Shown: piece by piece, positions 24,564-37,118 of the stretch
Layout of the letters: each line of letters starts with the position of its first letter
Numbering within the stretch: position 1 is the stretch's first letter
Source: Azolla caroliniana
Taxonomy: Eukaryota > Plantae > Polypodiophyta
Direction of reading: 5' to 3'
NCBI GenBank assembly: GCA_043228905.1
Contig: JBHGNT010000006.1
Coordinates: 17,794,001-17,858,000 of the forward strand
Length of the DNA: 64,000 nt
Made by a program: the position numbers and the translations under genes
The notes under the pieces: generated by a model
Database searches by the model: none
The model's input: only the letters and a program-made list of their open reading frames with translations
Told to the model about the DNA's origin: nothing

Positions 24564-27500
24564 TCATCTAAAATTTTTAGCTATAAAATAGATCTCTCTT
24601 GAGGTGGGCCTGGTGGCTTTTGGTCTTAGCCAAAATGTAGATTTGAACCGCCCTTTGCAAAGCTTTGGGAAACCTTACAAAAAACGAATGTCGATAATCA
24701 TCTGTGCACTTAAAATCGAAACTTTGATCAAAATAGCCCTCATTTTTCACTACGTTTTCAAAAATTCCCCTAATCTCACTCATTTTTGTCTTTCCAATCT
24801 ACCCCTATCTGAGTTTCCCTCGCTTTCTCCATCAGGAATGTGTAGAGAGGAAACGTCGCCAAATAGAGAAAGGAATATTTTGGGAAATACAATTCATGAA
24901 AAACACTAGAGCCTTTTGATGATTTCATGGAAAATGAGAGCACAAATAAAGAAAAGAACATTGCAAACCTTGGCTTTCCTGGCCTTCCAATAATTTGATG
25001 ACAAGACTACCACCAGGCAAAAGTAGTCCGTTTTCTTGAAAATGATCAAATTCGGATTCATCATCATTGATGCGACCTAAAGCCAGCTGCAACACCTTTA
25101 ATCCAAGTTCACCAGATAGGGCTGCATCTCTTGATCCAATACCCGATACAGAAGGACACATATCCGATAGTATAACCGAAAATCCCTTGCCCTGCCAGTT
25201 TCAAATCAAAACCATAATTCTAATGAAGAAAATCTTTGATCAACAATGAAATTATCTCTTACATCAGGGAACACGATATTCGTATGAAATAACAATTATA
25301 AGTTCAGGGGAATCAGTAGTCATTTTTATTATAATCAATGCTTTTTCATGAGGCAAAGGTGTAAAAATAATTGATAATTATAAAAGGATACTGGCAAAAT
25401 AAAATTAAAACCTAAAATTTTAAATAAAACGTTTCTGTAATGAAAATTAAAAAGCAATATGTTATAACTTAGAAATGCGATCAAAATGATTGTTTACCGA
25501 ACATGCATAGGGTAGAAGAATGTTCGGGTCAATTGTCAGCACATCACCACATAATGTTTGCACTCTCCGGTCGCAATGATCTGATGGCACCTTTACTTTC
25601 TGCTCTGCAAGAAAAAAACACATCCACACATTCAGTAAATATATATATCACTTTTTCTCTCTTTTTTGTATGCTTTAAAATTTGAATTCCTTTTCTTTCT
25701 TTTTTACACATGGAATGCACTGAACCCTTCACCTTAACATCCACACCGAGAACTGAACCACCCTTTTCAAGTGGGCCAAGACTTTGGCAAGCCACCTGCA
25801 AAAGTCACAAAACATATTAACCCTGCCAATAAGTTTTATCCAATTTAACTGGTTGGAATTAGTAATATAATACAAGATATATATGCATCGATGTATAGAT
25901 GTATAGATATGCCAATATACAAATTTAAGCTCTTATTCTCCATCTACATTTATAACATCTCAGATGAGATCGAACATATTAAAGATGTCTCTATCCAAAT
26001 AAATTCTCACCACATAGGGTGGACAATGGAAGGTAAACACTTTTTGAAGTTGATTTACCATCATTTTAGCCAAATCTTAATAAAACCCATCTATTGATGA
26101 TATCAGCCCCCACTAGGCAAAGCACATATACACACGCATGGAGAGATATACACACACACACACAATGGTGTGGAATACTCGTAAGATGCCTGATTCATGG
26201 AAAGTTAGTCATTAGGATTTTACAGAAAGTTGCCTCTACTCACATTCTCTTCAATGTGAGACAGTGCATATAGAGAGAGAGAAAGAAAGGTGTGGAATAC
26301 TAAAAAGATGCCTAACACGGAAAGTTGGTCATTAGGATTTTACTGTAAGTTGGTCTATTCACATTCTCTTCAATATGCGGCATATGCAAGGAGACTTGTC
26401 TGCTATGCATACTTTGCCATGAACAAGTTCACGAGTCTGAGTATCACATTTTGATACAATCCATTGCCTTTGACCACATTCGAGTTTGATTTCAGCACAT
26501 TGTGTGAATGATGTGGTGCAATTTGCTGAAGATGACCAAAAGTTTATGAGCATACTCAAAAACTTTTGTATAAACAATAAGTTGAGTCTCAATCAATCCA
26601 CAACGAAAGTTATGCTTGTGAAGACTCAAAATAAGGATAAACCATGCATTCTCATAAGCCACTTGACTCTGTAGAAAACTTCAAATATTTTGGCTTGAGG
26701 TTCCCTCCAATCACAGATGGAGGGAATGTGCTTCCCACTGCTTAAAAGCAGGAAAGTGGGCTTACTATGCATTAGAGAACATGTGGATAGTGTACCCTTT
26801 CAAATATCTCAAGCTTAGGGTTCCTTTCAATAATAGATGGAATGAATTTGCTATTTGCCAGTCACTAGCAAGAATGGTCTACTCTGTGCATTGGATAACA
26901 TATGTGATGTTGGAGAAATTAAATGTTGTGTCCCCAAGAAACACCTCTTTGACGCATTCGTAACAGTAGTGCTTCTCCATTGGGTTTGAAGCATGGGCAA
27001 TAACACTTAAGTTCACTTGGAAAGATCTTGAAAATGTCCAATATCACTTTCTTGTGAATTTTCCTTAAGTCAAGCTACATATGTCATACATGCTCCTATT
27101 TATTGAGGCCGAAATTCCTCTGTGAACAAGACTTTCTGCAAGGCCAATGTATCACGGCTTAGGAAAGATGTGTTCATATTTCACACACACTGTATTAGAT
27201 ATGTTGCATCAAACTGAAAAACCATTTAGTTCCCCGACGGGGAAACCAGTCACCGATACATGGTAGGGCGCATCCCTTTATTCACTATCTGTTCTCTTTG
27301 CTTCCATATTAGATAGTTCACATTCTCATCAACGTGAGACAAGGTGTTGGGGCACAGATGAAGAGATTCACCAACTATCCATCTGCCCTACACAAGTTTG
27401 GCGTCAAGAGTATCCCACTTTGTTACAAGCTGCATCCAACCACATTCAATTTTGCGTTCCACACATTAACAAAATAGTCCATCTAGAATTTGTCGATCAA

Positions 27501-27957
27501 TCTATTCTGCTCTATCTCGACATAGCTACAAATACACATACATAAATACATATATATACACCATACATACATGTATATATATGCACCATACATACATACA
27601 TATATGTTTGTAGATGTACATGTATGCACACGTGTATGTGTGCATTATGTGTGGGTAAATGTACGAACTTATGTATATATGTAGATAATAATCAAAATCA
27701 ATGTTTGAGCTGCTACTACCTGCATCCATGCTCCAGGAGCGCATCCAAAGTCCAGAACTGAAGCTCCAGGCTTTATGATGTAATGTTGTTTTTGGATTTG
27801 CAAAAGCTACCAAGAAATTTACCAACAGTCATTTTACAAAAAATCTACGCAAGAAACCTAGGCCTTTTATCTTTTCTTTTACCTTGAAAGCAGAGCGAGC
27901 GACGTAATGGAGGCGTTGGGCCTCTCTGTAGAAGAAATCTGGGAGAGCAGAACTCAT
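24564..27957 (-). CDS. FtsJ/RrmJ (RlmE/MRM2-like) rRNA 2'-O-methyltransferase, 219 aa. Exons: 27883-27957, 27720-27806, 25733-25795, 25498-25599, 24969-25191, 24564-24673
   Basis: Spliced translation MSSALPDFFYREAQRLHYVARSAFK-LLQIQKQH...VLDFGCAPGAWMQ-VACQSLGP...GVDVK-KVKVP...-VILSDMCPSVSG...LVIKLLE...-LRPKATRPTSREIYFIAKNFR*. All five introns are GT-AG, the frame is intact (660 nt) and the K-D-K-E tetrad is present. Confidence 0.95.
26165..27460 (+). pseudogene. Decayed LINE 3' fragments (RTEX-like) in intron 2 of the FtsJ gene
   Basis: 'SHSLQCET', 'CILCHEQVHESEYHILIQ' (C-terminal zinc finger), 'LSLNQSTTKVMLV', 'NFKYFG', 'AYYALENM'. These resemble the C-terminal half of the LINE ORF2 at 60035-63736. 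Confidence 0.65.
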
Positions 27958-27965
27958 TTCTAGAG

Positions 27966-27974
27966 TTAGGGTTT
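27966..27974 (-). promoter_or_regulatory. Telo-box (AAACCCTAA) immediately upstream of the FtsJ gene ATG
   Basis: Exact motif 8 nt upstream of the start codon. Telo-boxes are typical of plant ribosome-biogenesis gene promoters and 5' UTRs. Confidence 0.55.
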
Positions 27975-28074
27975 AAAGTCAGGTTTTAGTGCTTCCATGT
28001 ACCCCCAACACATGCAGCCATTGTACAAAAATAGGCATATGCATATATATGTGTGTATGTATGTATGTCCGCTC

Positions 28075-30830
28075 GTGATTAACTACATACCTACACCCAG
28101 TCAATCGAGTGACGATTCGAAATGCAGGAGTCGGGCCGACCATTGACGAGTTTGTTGAAGCCTTCGTTGGAAGGTGGATCTACTCAGTCGGCGACTTATA
28201 CTCAGTGTACAACTAGTTTCAACTAGCTATCGAAAGTAGGGATATCATGGAAATGTGGACCCCAATCGGTTTAGTTCTGATTGTTCCTTTCCGCAAGGAG
28301 GGATGACCTCCTGGAAACCGTCCTCTGCAAAGGTAGACTACATATCAAAGATGAAAAATGAGTACAAGTCGACAACGGAGGTGCGACGATTCCTTGGAGC
28401 CAGTGCATTCTACCACATCTGGATTGCCCATTACGTGCACATCCCCAAACCGCTATACAGACTAATGAAGAAAGGGAGGAAGTTTGAGTGGGGTGACGAG
28501 CATACAACGGTGATGAGAAGATTGAAGGAAATGTTGACAACGACACCGGCTTTACGGAAGGTGGTCAACAAGGAAGGAGTTCTTATCTATGTCACAGTCG
28601 CCACGAGTCCGGCCGTAATCAAATGGGTAATCAACCAAGAGGGAGAAGAGGCCATCTGATTCGGAGCAAAGGTATTAAATGAGCGACAGTGAGGGTACGC
28701 CCAAGTCCAGAGAGAGGTCTGGGGTATTGTTTCGACAGTAAAGACCGACAAAAACTACCTAATCAAGACGAAGGTGATAATAAAGATGGACTGCCTCCTC
28801 ATCCGAGGGATGATATCCAGATGCGTGATACCGGATCTAGCAATGCTCAGATGGATCGCACACATATATAAAGTCCCTAAACCCGGAGATTCGTCACATT
28901 TCCGAAAAGACCAATGCCATAGATGATATGCTATCGAGAGCAAGGTTTGAGGATGAAGTCAGCATGATTTCAAGAAGCGAAGACGTTGGCCTCGACTTCT
29001 TCAAGATGGCCTAACTGTCAGCAGATGGTCAAAGCACACCAATCCTACAAGTGTTCGACGAACACGAATACAAAGGGGATTGGTTGCTAATCGGTCGATT
29101 CTTGAGCACGTTGACGACGGATACCTCGTGAACTAAGAAGGAGGTGGCTCGGATCTGGAAGGAGGCCGCTCGTGTACTTCCTTAAAAGTGGGTTCCTCTG
29201 GCGGCACTTGAAGAGGCGAACGGAGGCACCACTACGGTTGGTGATGAAGAAGGAAGACCAGTCAAAGCTGATGGCCGAGTTTCAGGTTGAGTCCCTAGTC
29301 TGGACATAGAGGGATGTGAGCAACGTTCAAGAAGCTAAAGGAGAAATACTAGTGGTTGGGCATGTATGATGATGTGCATAACTTTGTATCCACGTGCGAG
29401 AGCTGTCAAGTGCATTCCGGCGTCCGACACTAGGTGAACTACATCCGATCTACCCACTCACCATACACTTCAAGTGGATGGTGGATTTGGTCATGATGCC
29501 GATGGGAGTCGGTTAGATGAGGTACATGGTGCTTGTGCGAGAAAACCTGACAAACCAGGTAGAAGGTCGGTCCCTAACGAACAAGATGATCGCATCTGTG
29601 TGCAAATTCTTAATTGAGGAGGTCGTTTGTCGATACGAATGCGTAGGGAAGATTATAATCAACTGATGGGGGCCGGATGCACACGAAGGGACGGAGTTGT
29701 TCGAATGATAAGAAGTAAAGCTCTCCCTTACGAAGGCATACAATCCGGAAGCGAAGAAAAGGTCAAACACGGGCATTGATCGATTGTGAAGGCGATTGTA
29801 CGAGCATGCAATGGACGAGTCGGGAATTGGCCGCATCTACTACCTTATGCCCTGTGGACCGACCGGACTATGCACAACTTAGTAACCGGATATATGCCAA
29901 CTGAGCTCATGTTCGAGCAAAAGCCGGTAATGCCAATTGAGAGGACGATTGCCTTATGGATGACGATTCTATGGGAGAATGAGATGAGTCGAGAAGAGTT
30001 ATTGGTTGCACGGATACGACAGCTCGAAAGGCGACCCGAGGATCTAGAGAAGGCACGAGAGAGAATGAAGGTGGCCTGGATGAAGAACAAAGCTCGGTTC
30101 GACAAAATGCATTGGCTTCATCACAAGAAAATAGAGGAATGAGATTGGGTGTTGGTCTATGATAGCAGCCTCGACAATCAACACTGATCAACTCGGATGT
30201 TTTCAAAGAGGTGGTTTGGACCGTATGTGGTGGTGAGCACCAATGCAAATGCTACATACCAAATTGCAGAACTTGACGGAACAAGGATAGTCGTATTGAT
30301 AGTACGGAAAAGAGTAAAGATCTTCAAGAAGTGACAAGACGAGGAACTGGATTGGGACATGGTGGATCTTAATGAGAACAACGAAGGGGTGGTTGAGCAA
30401 CCAGACGAGGGCCGGATCGATGAAGGAGCAGAGGAGGATGACATAGCACTATTTTGGGACTTCATCTCTTCAATTTTCGGCACATATCGGACGATTTTTG
30501 GTTTGGTGGGGGTGGATGTCGTGAAGATTCCCGGCAACGGCAAGAAAATCTACATAAGGGGGCAAACTTTTGGTATATACGAATGTGTGCATGCGAAGGG
30601 TAATTATGCCCATGCACATTAGGAAAGGTGGGAATAAAATGTAAAGTGGTAAGCAAAGGTAAAGTGCAAAGGAACACTAAAAGAATGATAGTGATATGTA
30701 CTTTAAATGCACTCGTAGGAGAGAAAAGAGGGGTAGTTAAGAGGAAGATTGTGGTAGAGATTCCCTTTGACAAGAGGGGAATTTTAGGGCCTTCCCGTTG
30801 TAATGATGCTCCCCTCCCAAATGGGGAGGG
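28075..30830 (+). mobile_element. Decayed Gypsy remnant (RT-RH-INT, PPT, start of 3' LTR at 30517) of a fungal-type, Ylt1-like lineage
   Basis: RT 'PVNRVTIRNAGVGPTIDEFVEAF...DLYS', 'EVRRFLGA', INT 'NWPHLLPYALWTDRT...TGYMP', 'WFGPYVV'. PPT GGTGGGGGTGGA is followed by TGTCGTGAAGATT. The right boundary is uncertain. Confidence 0.8.
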
Positions 30831-32468
30831 TTGATAATTGTTTACTGGCTCACCATTTTAGAATAGTGGGTCATTAGAAACAAGTAATATGTCACATTTT
30901 AATAACTATCCGTCAAAAAAAGACACAAAATAGGTTGTAAACCAAAAGGGGTGCCGCATGCGTAAAGGTTTTTTAAAAACGACCCAAAATATATTGATTT
31001 CTAGCATGTCCAAAATTTTAGAGCTTCCAAAAATTGCCTAAATAATTGACATGCGAAAGTTACAAAAGAATGGATAAATTTTACAAAAGGCATACCACTT
31101 ATATTTATACATATTCGAGAATCAACAACTTGATGTAAAATACTATAAAGAATCGATGGTGATTCTTGTGCAGCGGGATAGATGTGTGTTATGTGCGTAT
31201 ATGTGTGAGAGAAAAAGAGAGGAGAGAAAAGAGAACTCAAGATAGATAAATGAGAGGAAAATAGAATACTCAAGAAGGTGTATATTTCACAAGTAGAATA
31301 AGATTTACAAAATGTAGCATAACAAGGAGTCACAACCGACTTAGTATGAAGTGTGCAGAGGGTGCTTTATATATAGTCACCCTCTCTCTTCATTAACTAA
31401 CTACAACAACCACTCTCTCTCTTGGGGAATGTGAAGACTCATAGTCATGGGGAATATGTAACTCATTAGTTATGTGTAATAGAATATGATTCTATGACAC
31501 ATAGTTAATGTGTAGAGAGTAGTGGTGTGACTCTTGACCCTTGAGTAATAATAGATTCTCAAAAGGTGTGTTCACACGTTGCACTATGTTGAGCTTGATT
31601 CTCAACACGCCCCCTCAAGCTCAACTCCGGTCGGTTCCTTTTGATTGATGTCTGCTTCGGTTGGTATCTAGTTCGGACGATCTCCGGTGTTCGCTTCGAC
31701 TCATACTCGGTTCGGACGGTATCTGTTCTCGCTTGTACTTCCCCTCAAGATTGGCAAGTCAGGGATCGTCAATCCAAGGTCTGACATGAATTGCCGAAGC
31801 TTGTCGGCTCCTAGGGCCTTGGTGAAGATGTTGGTTGTCTGAAGATTCGTGTTGATGTGTAGAAGATTGACATCTCCGGCTTGAACACGCTGTCGTGAAG
31901 ATCCGTCACTACGCGCGGATCATGAGGCGGAACCGCCGGGGTTCTGGATCGGAAGGACTCGAAGTTGGTGCTAGCTTTAGCGAGAAAGGATTTAAGGTAG
32001 ATTGAAAGAGAGAGAGATTGAGCTAAGATAGAACGCTTGATTTTAGATTGAGAGAGAGATTAAGATTGAACTCTTGACTTTAGATTTGAAGAACAAGGTA
32101 TATCATCAAAAGGTTAACGAATTTTCTTCTTAATATTAATTTTGATATAAAGTACAAAGCTCTTGATAAGAAATTTACCTTTTTCTTTTCATCTTTTTTC
32201 TCCCCTCTTTTATAGATGCCCTCATGCATTTGAGGGTACAAGACATGCATAAAATGCATGTTTGCCATTTGGTGTTCATGTATTACATGTGGTGCATGAT
32301 AACCATGTCACTCATTTAAGGTCTCATGTATGAGAATTTACATGTAAATCTATAATGACAAAAATATTATTTTATGAAAATATCTTGGCTTAGTGGCAAG
32401 TGTTGGGAAACAGGTCCCTCTGGATGGGAAGGAAGAAGATCAGTGACGATGAACAAACCCGGTGAAGA

Positions 32469-32635
32469 CCGGATGAGGAGTACCCGGCTACGGAGAGCCG
32501 GATGGTGCAGGCCCGGTATGAACCGGATGAGGAGTACCCGGCTACGGAGAGCCGGATGGTGCAGGCCCGGTATGAACCGGATGAGGAGTACCCGGCTACG
32601 GAGAGCCGGATGGTGCAGGCCCGGTACGAACCGGA
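32469..32635 (+). repeat. 54-bp tandem repeat (three copies) in U3 of the Copia C 5' LTR; two copies in the 3' LTR
   Basis: Unit CCGGATGAGGAGTACCCGGCTACGGAGAGCCGGATGGTGCAGGCCCGGTATGAA. Confidence 0.9.
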
Positions 32636-33101
32636 GGAAGAGACATATTCGTAAATATGTTTCTGAGAGCCCATTGGGGCTATATTTGTAAATAGCCAAA
32701 AAGTCATATTAGTATAAATATGACTTAGAGCAAACTAATATTATGTTGTTGTCATTTTCTTGTTGGTGCAAGAAGAAGAGAGAGCGCGTAACTGTACAAA
32801 GAGAGAGAGAGAGAGAGAACGAGGTCGTTGCCTCTGTTGTAACCGCCGCCTGTGGCGAAGATCGTGAGTCCGAGGTCGTTGCCTCCGTGTACTCACTGTT
32901 TTGTACATTCATACATAGTGACAGTTTGCAGCTTGTGGGTTGCCGTGGTTTTTCCCCTAGTTAACCTCCTGTGTACCATTTCTCTTCTTTGTGTAGTGTT
33001 CTATTTCCCGTTTATGAAAAGAATCTCGGTTGTGGCCGAGTCTTGCGCATAAGGAACGTCCAGTTCTCGTCAAGTGGTATCAGAGCAAAACGACACAGAA
33101 A

Positions 33102-36100
33102 ATGGACGAATCGTTTGGCGGCATGTTCAAGCTCACCGGCTCCAACTATTCAGTGTGGAAGTCGAAGATGAGGGACATGCTCGTGGTTAAAGACCTCTGG
33201 CTGCCGGTTCAGTTCGGGGACAAGCGACCGGACAAAATCGACGCCGCGATATGGGAGGTGATGCACATGAAGACAACGACGTACATACGGTGATTCATCG
33301 ACATGAGCCTATACAACAACTTCAATGAAGAGAGCAAGGCTCATGAGCTCTGGGAGAAGATCGGCATAATGTTCCAGAACAAAAATGTTGTCAATCAGGT
33401 GTCGGTATTCCGGAAGCTAGTAAGACTCCGGTACCAAGATGGCTCCAGCATGGCGGAGCACATGAATGCCTTCCAGGGGCTGATACACCAGGCAACGTCA
33501 TTGGAAGTACCTCTTGCCGACGAGGTACTAGCGCTACTCCTGCTCGGTTCCCTCCCGGATAGCTGGGAGACGTTGGTTGTCACTTTGGGCAACGCCGGGC
33601 CGGAAGGAAAACGGTTATCCCTAGCAAGAGTAAAGTCGAGCTTGCTAGATGAGGAGGCGCGTCGGAAGGATAAAGATACGAGCTCCGACTCCAAAGCGCT
33701 CCTTACCGAATCGGAACGCGGAAGACAGAGAAACCGTAGTCCCCAGAACCGGGAGAAGTCGGGGACACGGTCAAAGTCAAGGGGGAGGCCTACTTGCTTC
33801 TATTGCGGCAAGCCGGGACACTTCCAAAAGAACTGTCGGCATTTCCGTAAAGACAAGGAAACCGACGGTACCGATTCGAAGCAAACCCCGGACCGGAAGG
33901 GAACGACGGCAATCGCGGCAAGTGAAGAAGAGTTGATGCTCATCACCGAGGAGAGTGAGATAAACCTTGCCGGCGACGAGATGACCTGGGTGGTAGACTC
34001 CGAAGCATCGTTCCACCTTACCCCGGACCGGAAATGCTTCGCATCCTACTCAGCCGGTGACCACGGCTGTGTCCGGATGGGGAATGAAGGTACATGCCGA
34101 ATTGTCGGCATAGGAGACGTGTGGCTGACAACACCAACCGGATGCAAGTTGCTGCTGAAGGATGTCCGACACGTTCCGGAAGTTCGTTTGAACCTGATAT
34201 CAGCCGGTCGGCTAGATGATGAAGGCTACATGGGTAGCATCCGGAACGGGGTCATGAAGTTCAGCAAAGGGAGCCTGATTGTGGCTCGGGCCCGGAAGGT
34301 CAACACGCTGTACCTGATGAATGCCCGGTTATGCCCAGAAGAAGTGAACGTGGCATCCGACACTGCCGGTGATCTGTGGCACAAGAGGCTGTGTCATATG
34401 AGCGAGAAGGGGATGAAGAGGCTTGCAGACGACAACCTCATTCCAGTGAAGAACGTGCACTTAGAGAAGTGCACTGATTGTGTGGCCGGTAAGCAGAACC
34501 GGACCTCCTTCCGACCAAGGCCACCGATGAGACGTAATGCACCATTGGAGTTGGTGCATACGGATGTGTGTCAAGTAGACACGAAGTCACATGCCCGAGC
34601 GCAGTACTTCGTGACGTTCATAGATGACCACAGCCGGAAGCTGTGGGCCACACCGTTGAAGACGAAGGATTAGGTGTTATCCGTCTTCAAAGAGCTCCAC
34701 GCAAGAGTGGAAAGAGAAACCGGCCGGAAGCTGAAGGCGGTTCAAGCAGATAATGGAGGAGAATACCGGGGGCAGTTCGAGGAGTACTGCCGCTCGAAGG
34801 GAATCCGGCTCGAATTTACCGTGCCGAAGACGCCGGAACTAAACGGACTGGCCGAGAGGATGAACCGGACCATAATGGAGAGGGTTCGGAGTATGCTAGC
34901 GCATGCAAAACTACCCAAGAAGTTTTGGGCTGAGGCACTGTCGACGACGACATACGTGATAAATAGATCACCCTCTGTACCCTTGGACGGAGACACGCCA
35001 CAAAGAGTGTGGACCGGTAAGGAAGTATCCTACCGGCATCTGAAGGTGTTCGGGTGTCTCGCATACGTGCATGTAGCAAAGGACCGGAGAGGAAAGTTAG
35101 ATCCAAAGACCCGGCCATGCATATTCCTCGGTTACGGTGACAATGAGTTCGGCTACCGAATGTGGGACCCGGTCGACAAGAAGGTATTCCGGAGTCGAGA
35201 TATTATCTTCATGGAGGACAAGACGCTCGCCGACTGGGAGTCGGAGAAGAAGATAATGAACTCTGAGTCGACCGGTAAGGATAGACTCTACGATGAGCAG
35301 ACCCAACCGGCAAGAGACCAGTTAGCACTCGAGGAACTAGCCGGTTACGGTGAGGATACCGAACCGGCAGAAGAAGAATTAGAGGAAGCTGAAACCGGAA
35401 CCGGCCAAGACCCCGAATCGGATTCGGATGAAGAGCAAATGGAGGAGCCGGATACCGAAGCCCGAAGACGGAGATATCCTCTCAAAGAGAGAAGGGCCCC
35501 CCGGAGATTTCCGGATGCAGAGCATGTTCTGCTGACTGATGAGGGGGAGCCGGAAAGCTTCGAAGAAGCAAAGGAGGACACCCACAGTCAAAAATGGTTA
35601 AGTGCCATGCAGGACGAGATGGATTCCCTGCATGAGAACCACACATACGAATTGGTGGAGTTGCCGAAAGGAAAGCGGGCACTCCGAAACAAGTGGGTGT
35701 ACAAGTTGAAACCGGGAGATGCCGACAACCCCCCGAGATACAAAGCCAGGATCGTGGTGAAGGGGTTCCAGCAGAAGAAGGGCGTGGACTTCGACAAGAT
35801 ATTTGCCCCGGTAGTAAAGATGACCTCCATCCGGACGGTGCTGAGTATAGCAGCAAGCATGGACCTCGAGGTAGAGCAGCTAGACGTGAAGACGACATTC
35901 CTTCACGGCCACCTCGAAGAGGAGATCTACATGCAGCAACTGGAAGGATTTGTGGAGAAAGGGAAGGAGCACCTGGTATGCCGGTTGAAGAAGAGCCTGT
36001 ACGGACTGAAGCAGGCTCCCCGACAATGGTACTGGAAGTTCGACTCCTTCATGACCGATCAAGGGTACCACAAGATGTAGGCCGATCACTGCGTGTTTGT

Positions 36101-37118
36101 GAAGAAGTTCGAAGGAGGGGACTTCCTGATACTCCTCCTATACGTGGATGCCATGTTGATCGTCGGACGTGACCAAGTCAAAATACGGATGCTGAAGAAG
36201 GCTCTCAACCGGACCTTCTCAATGAAAGACTTGGGTCCGGCAAGACAGATGTTGGGGATGCACATCATTCGGGACCGGTTAAAGAAGCAACTATGGCTAT
36301 CACAGGAGAAGTATGTGACAAAGGTGCTTCACCGGTTCAACATGTCAGAAGTGAAACCGGTCGGATCGACACTTCCGGCAAACTGCAGGCTATCCGGTAA
36401 GCAAAGCCCGAAGATGAAAGCAGAGAAGGCGGATATGATGAAGATCCCATATGCCTCTGTCGTCGGGAGCTTGATGTACGCAATGGTTTGTACCCGACCG
36501 AACATTGGATACGCAGTCGGAGTGGTGAGCCGGTTTATGAGCAATCCCGGCAAGGAGCACTGGAACGCGGTCAAGTGGATACTCCAGTATTTGAAGGGCA
36601 CTTCAAATATGTGTCTCCGATTCGGCTCCGGAAAACCTCAACTGGACGGTTTCACCGATTCGGACATGTTGGCTGATGTGGATACCAGCCGGTCTACATC
36701 CAGGTATGTGATGACATATGCAGGGGGAGCTATTTCGTGGCAGTCGAGGCTGCAGAAGACGGTTGCATTGTCAACCATAGAGGCGGAGTACATGACGGCT
36801 GTGGAAGCCGGCAAGGAAATATTATGGATGAAGGACTTCATCGGAGAGCTCGGTATCCGGCAAGAGGAATACCGACTCTACTGCGACAGTCAAAGTGCCA
36901 TCCACCTTGCTAAGAATGCGGCCTGCCATTCCCAGATGAAGCATATCCAGCGGAGGTATCACTGGATCCGGGAAAGAGTAGATGACCAGGAGTTCGCACT
37001 GACGAAGATCCACACGGCCGAGAACGGGTCAGATATGCTGACCAAAGTGCTGACACCCGACAAGCTGGACGCATGCCGGAAGAGGATCGGGCTGGTAAGA
37101 CACCCCATGCCGGAGTGA
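33102..37118 (+). pseudogene. Copia C gag-pol polyprotein (about 1338 codons) with three in-frame stops and no frameshift
   Basis: ORFs 33030, 33303, 34674 and 36093 share one frame, with stops at 33291, 34671 and 36078. Motifs CFYCGKPGH, WVVDSEAS, LELVHTDVC, LYVDAM, TDSD. Confidence 0.93.

Noticed and set aside
30830-31143. Terminal inverted repeat of the DNA transposon
   Set aside because: It is plausibly the element's subterminal region, but no matching inverted copy is visible in the window, so no TIR is called.
32469-32635. CRISPR-like array
   Set aside because: These are head-to-tail tandem repeats without unique spacers, inside an LTR, with no cas genes, in a eukaryotic context.
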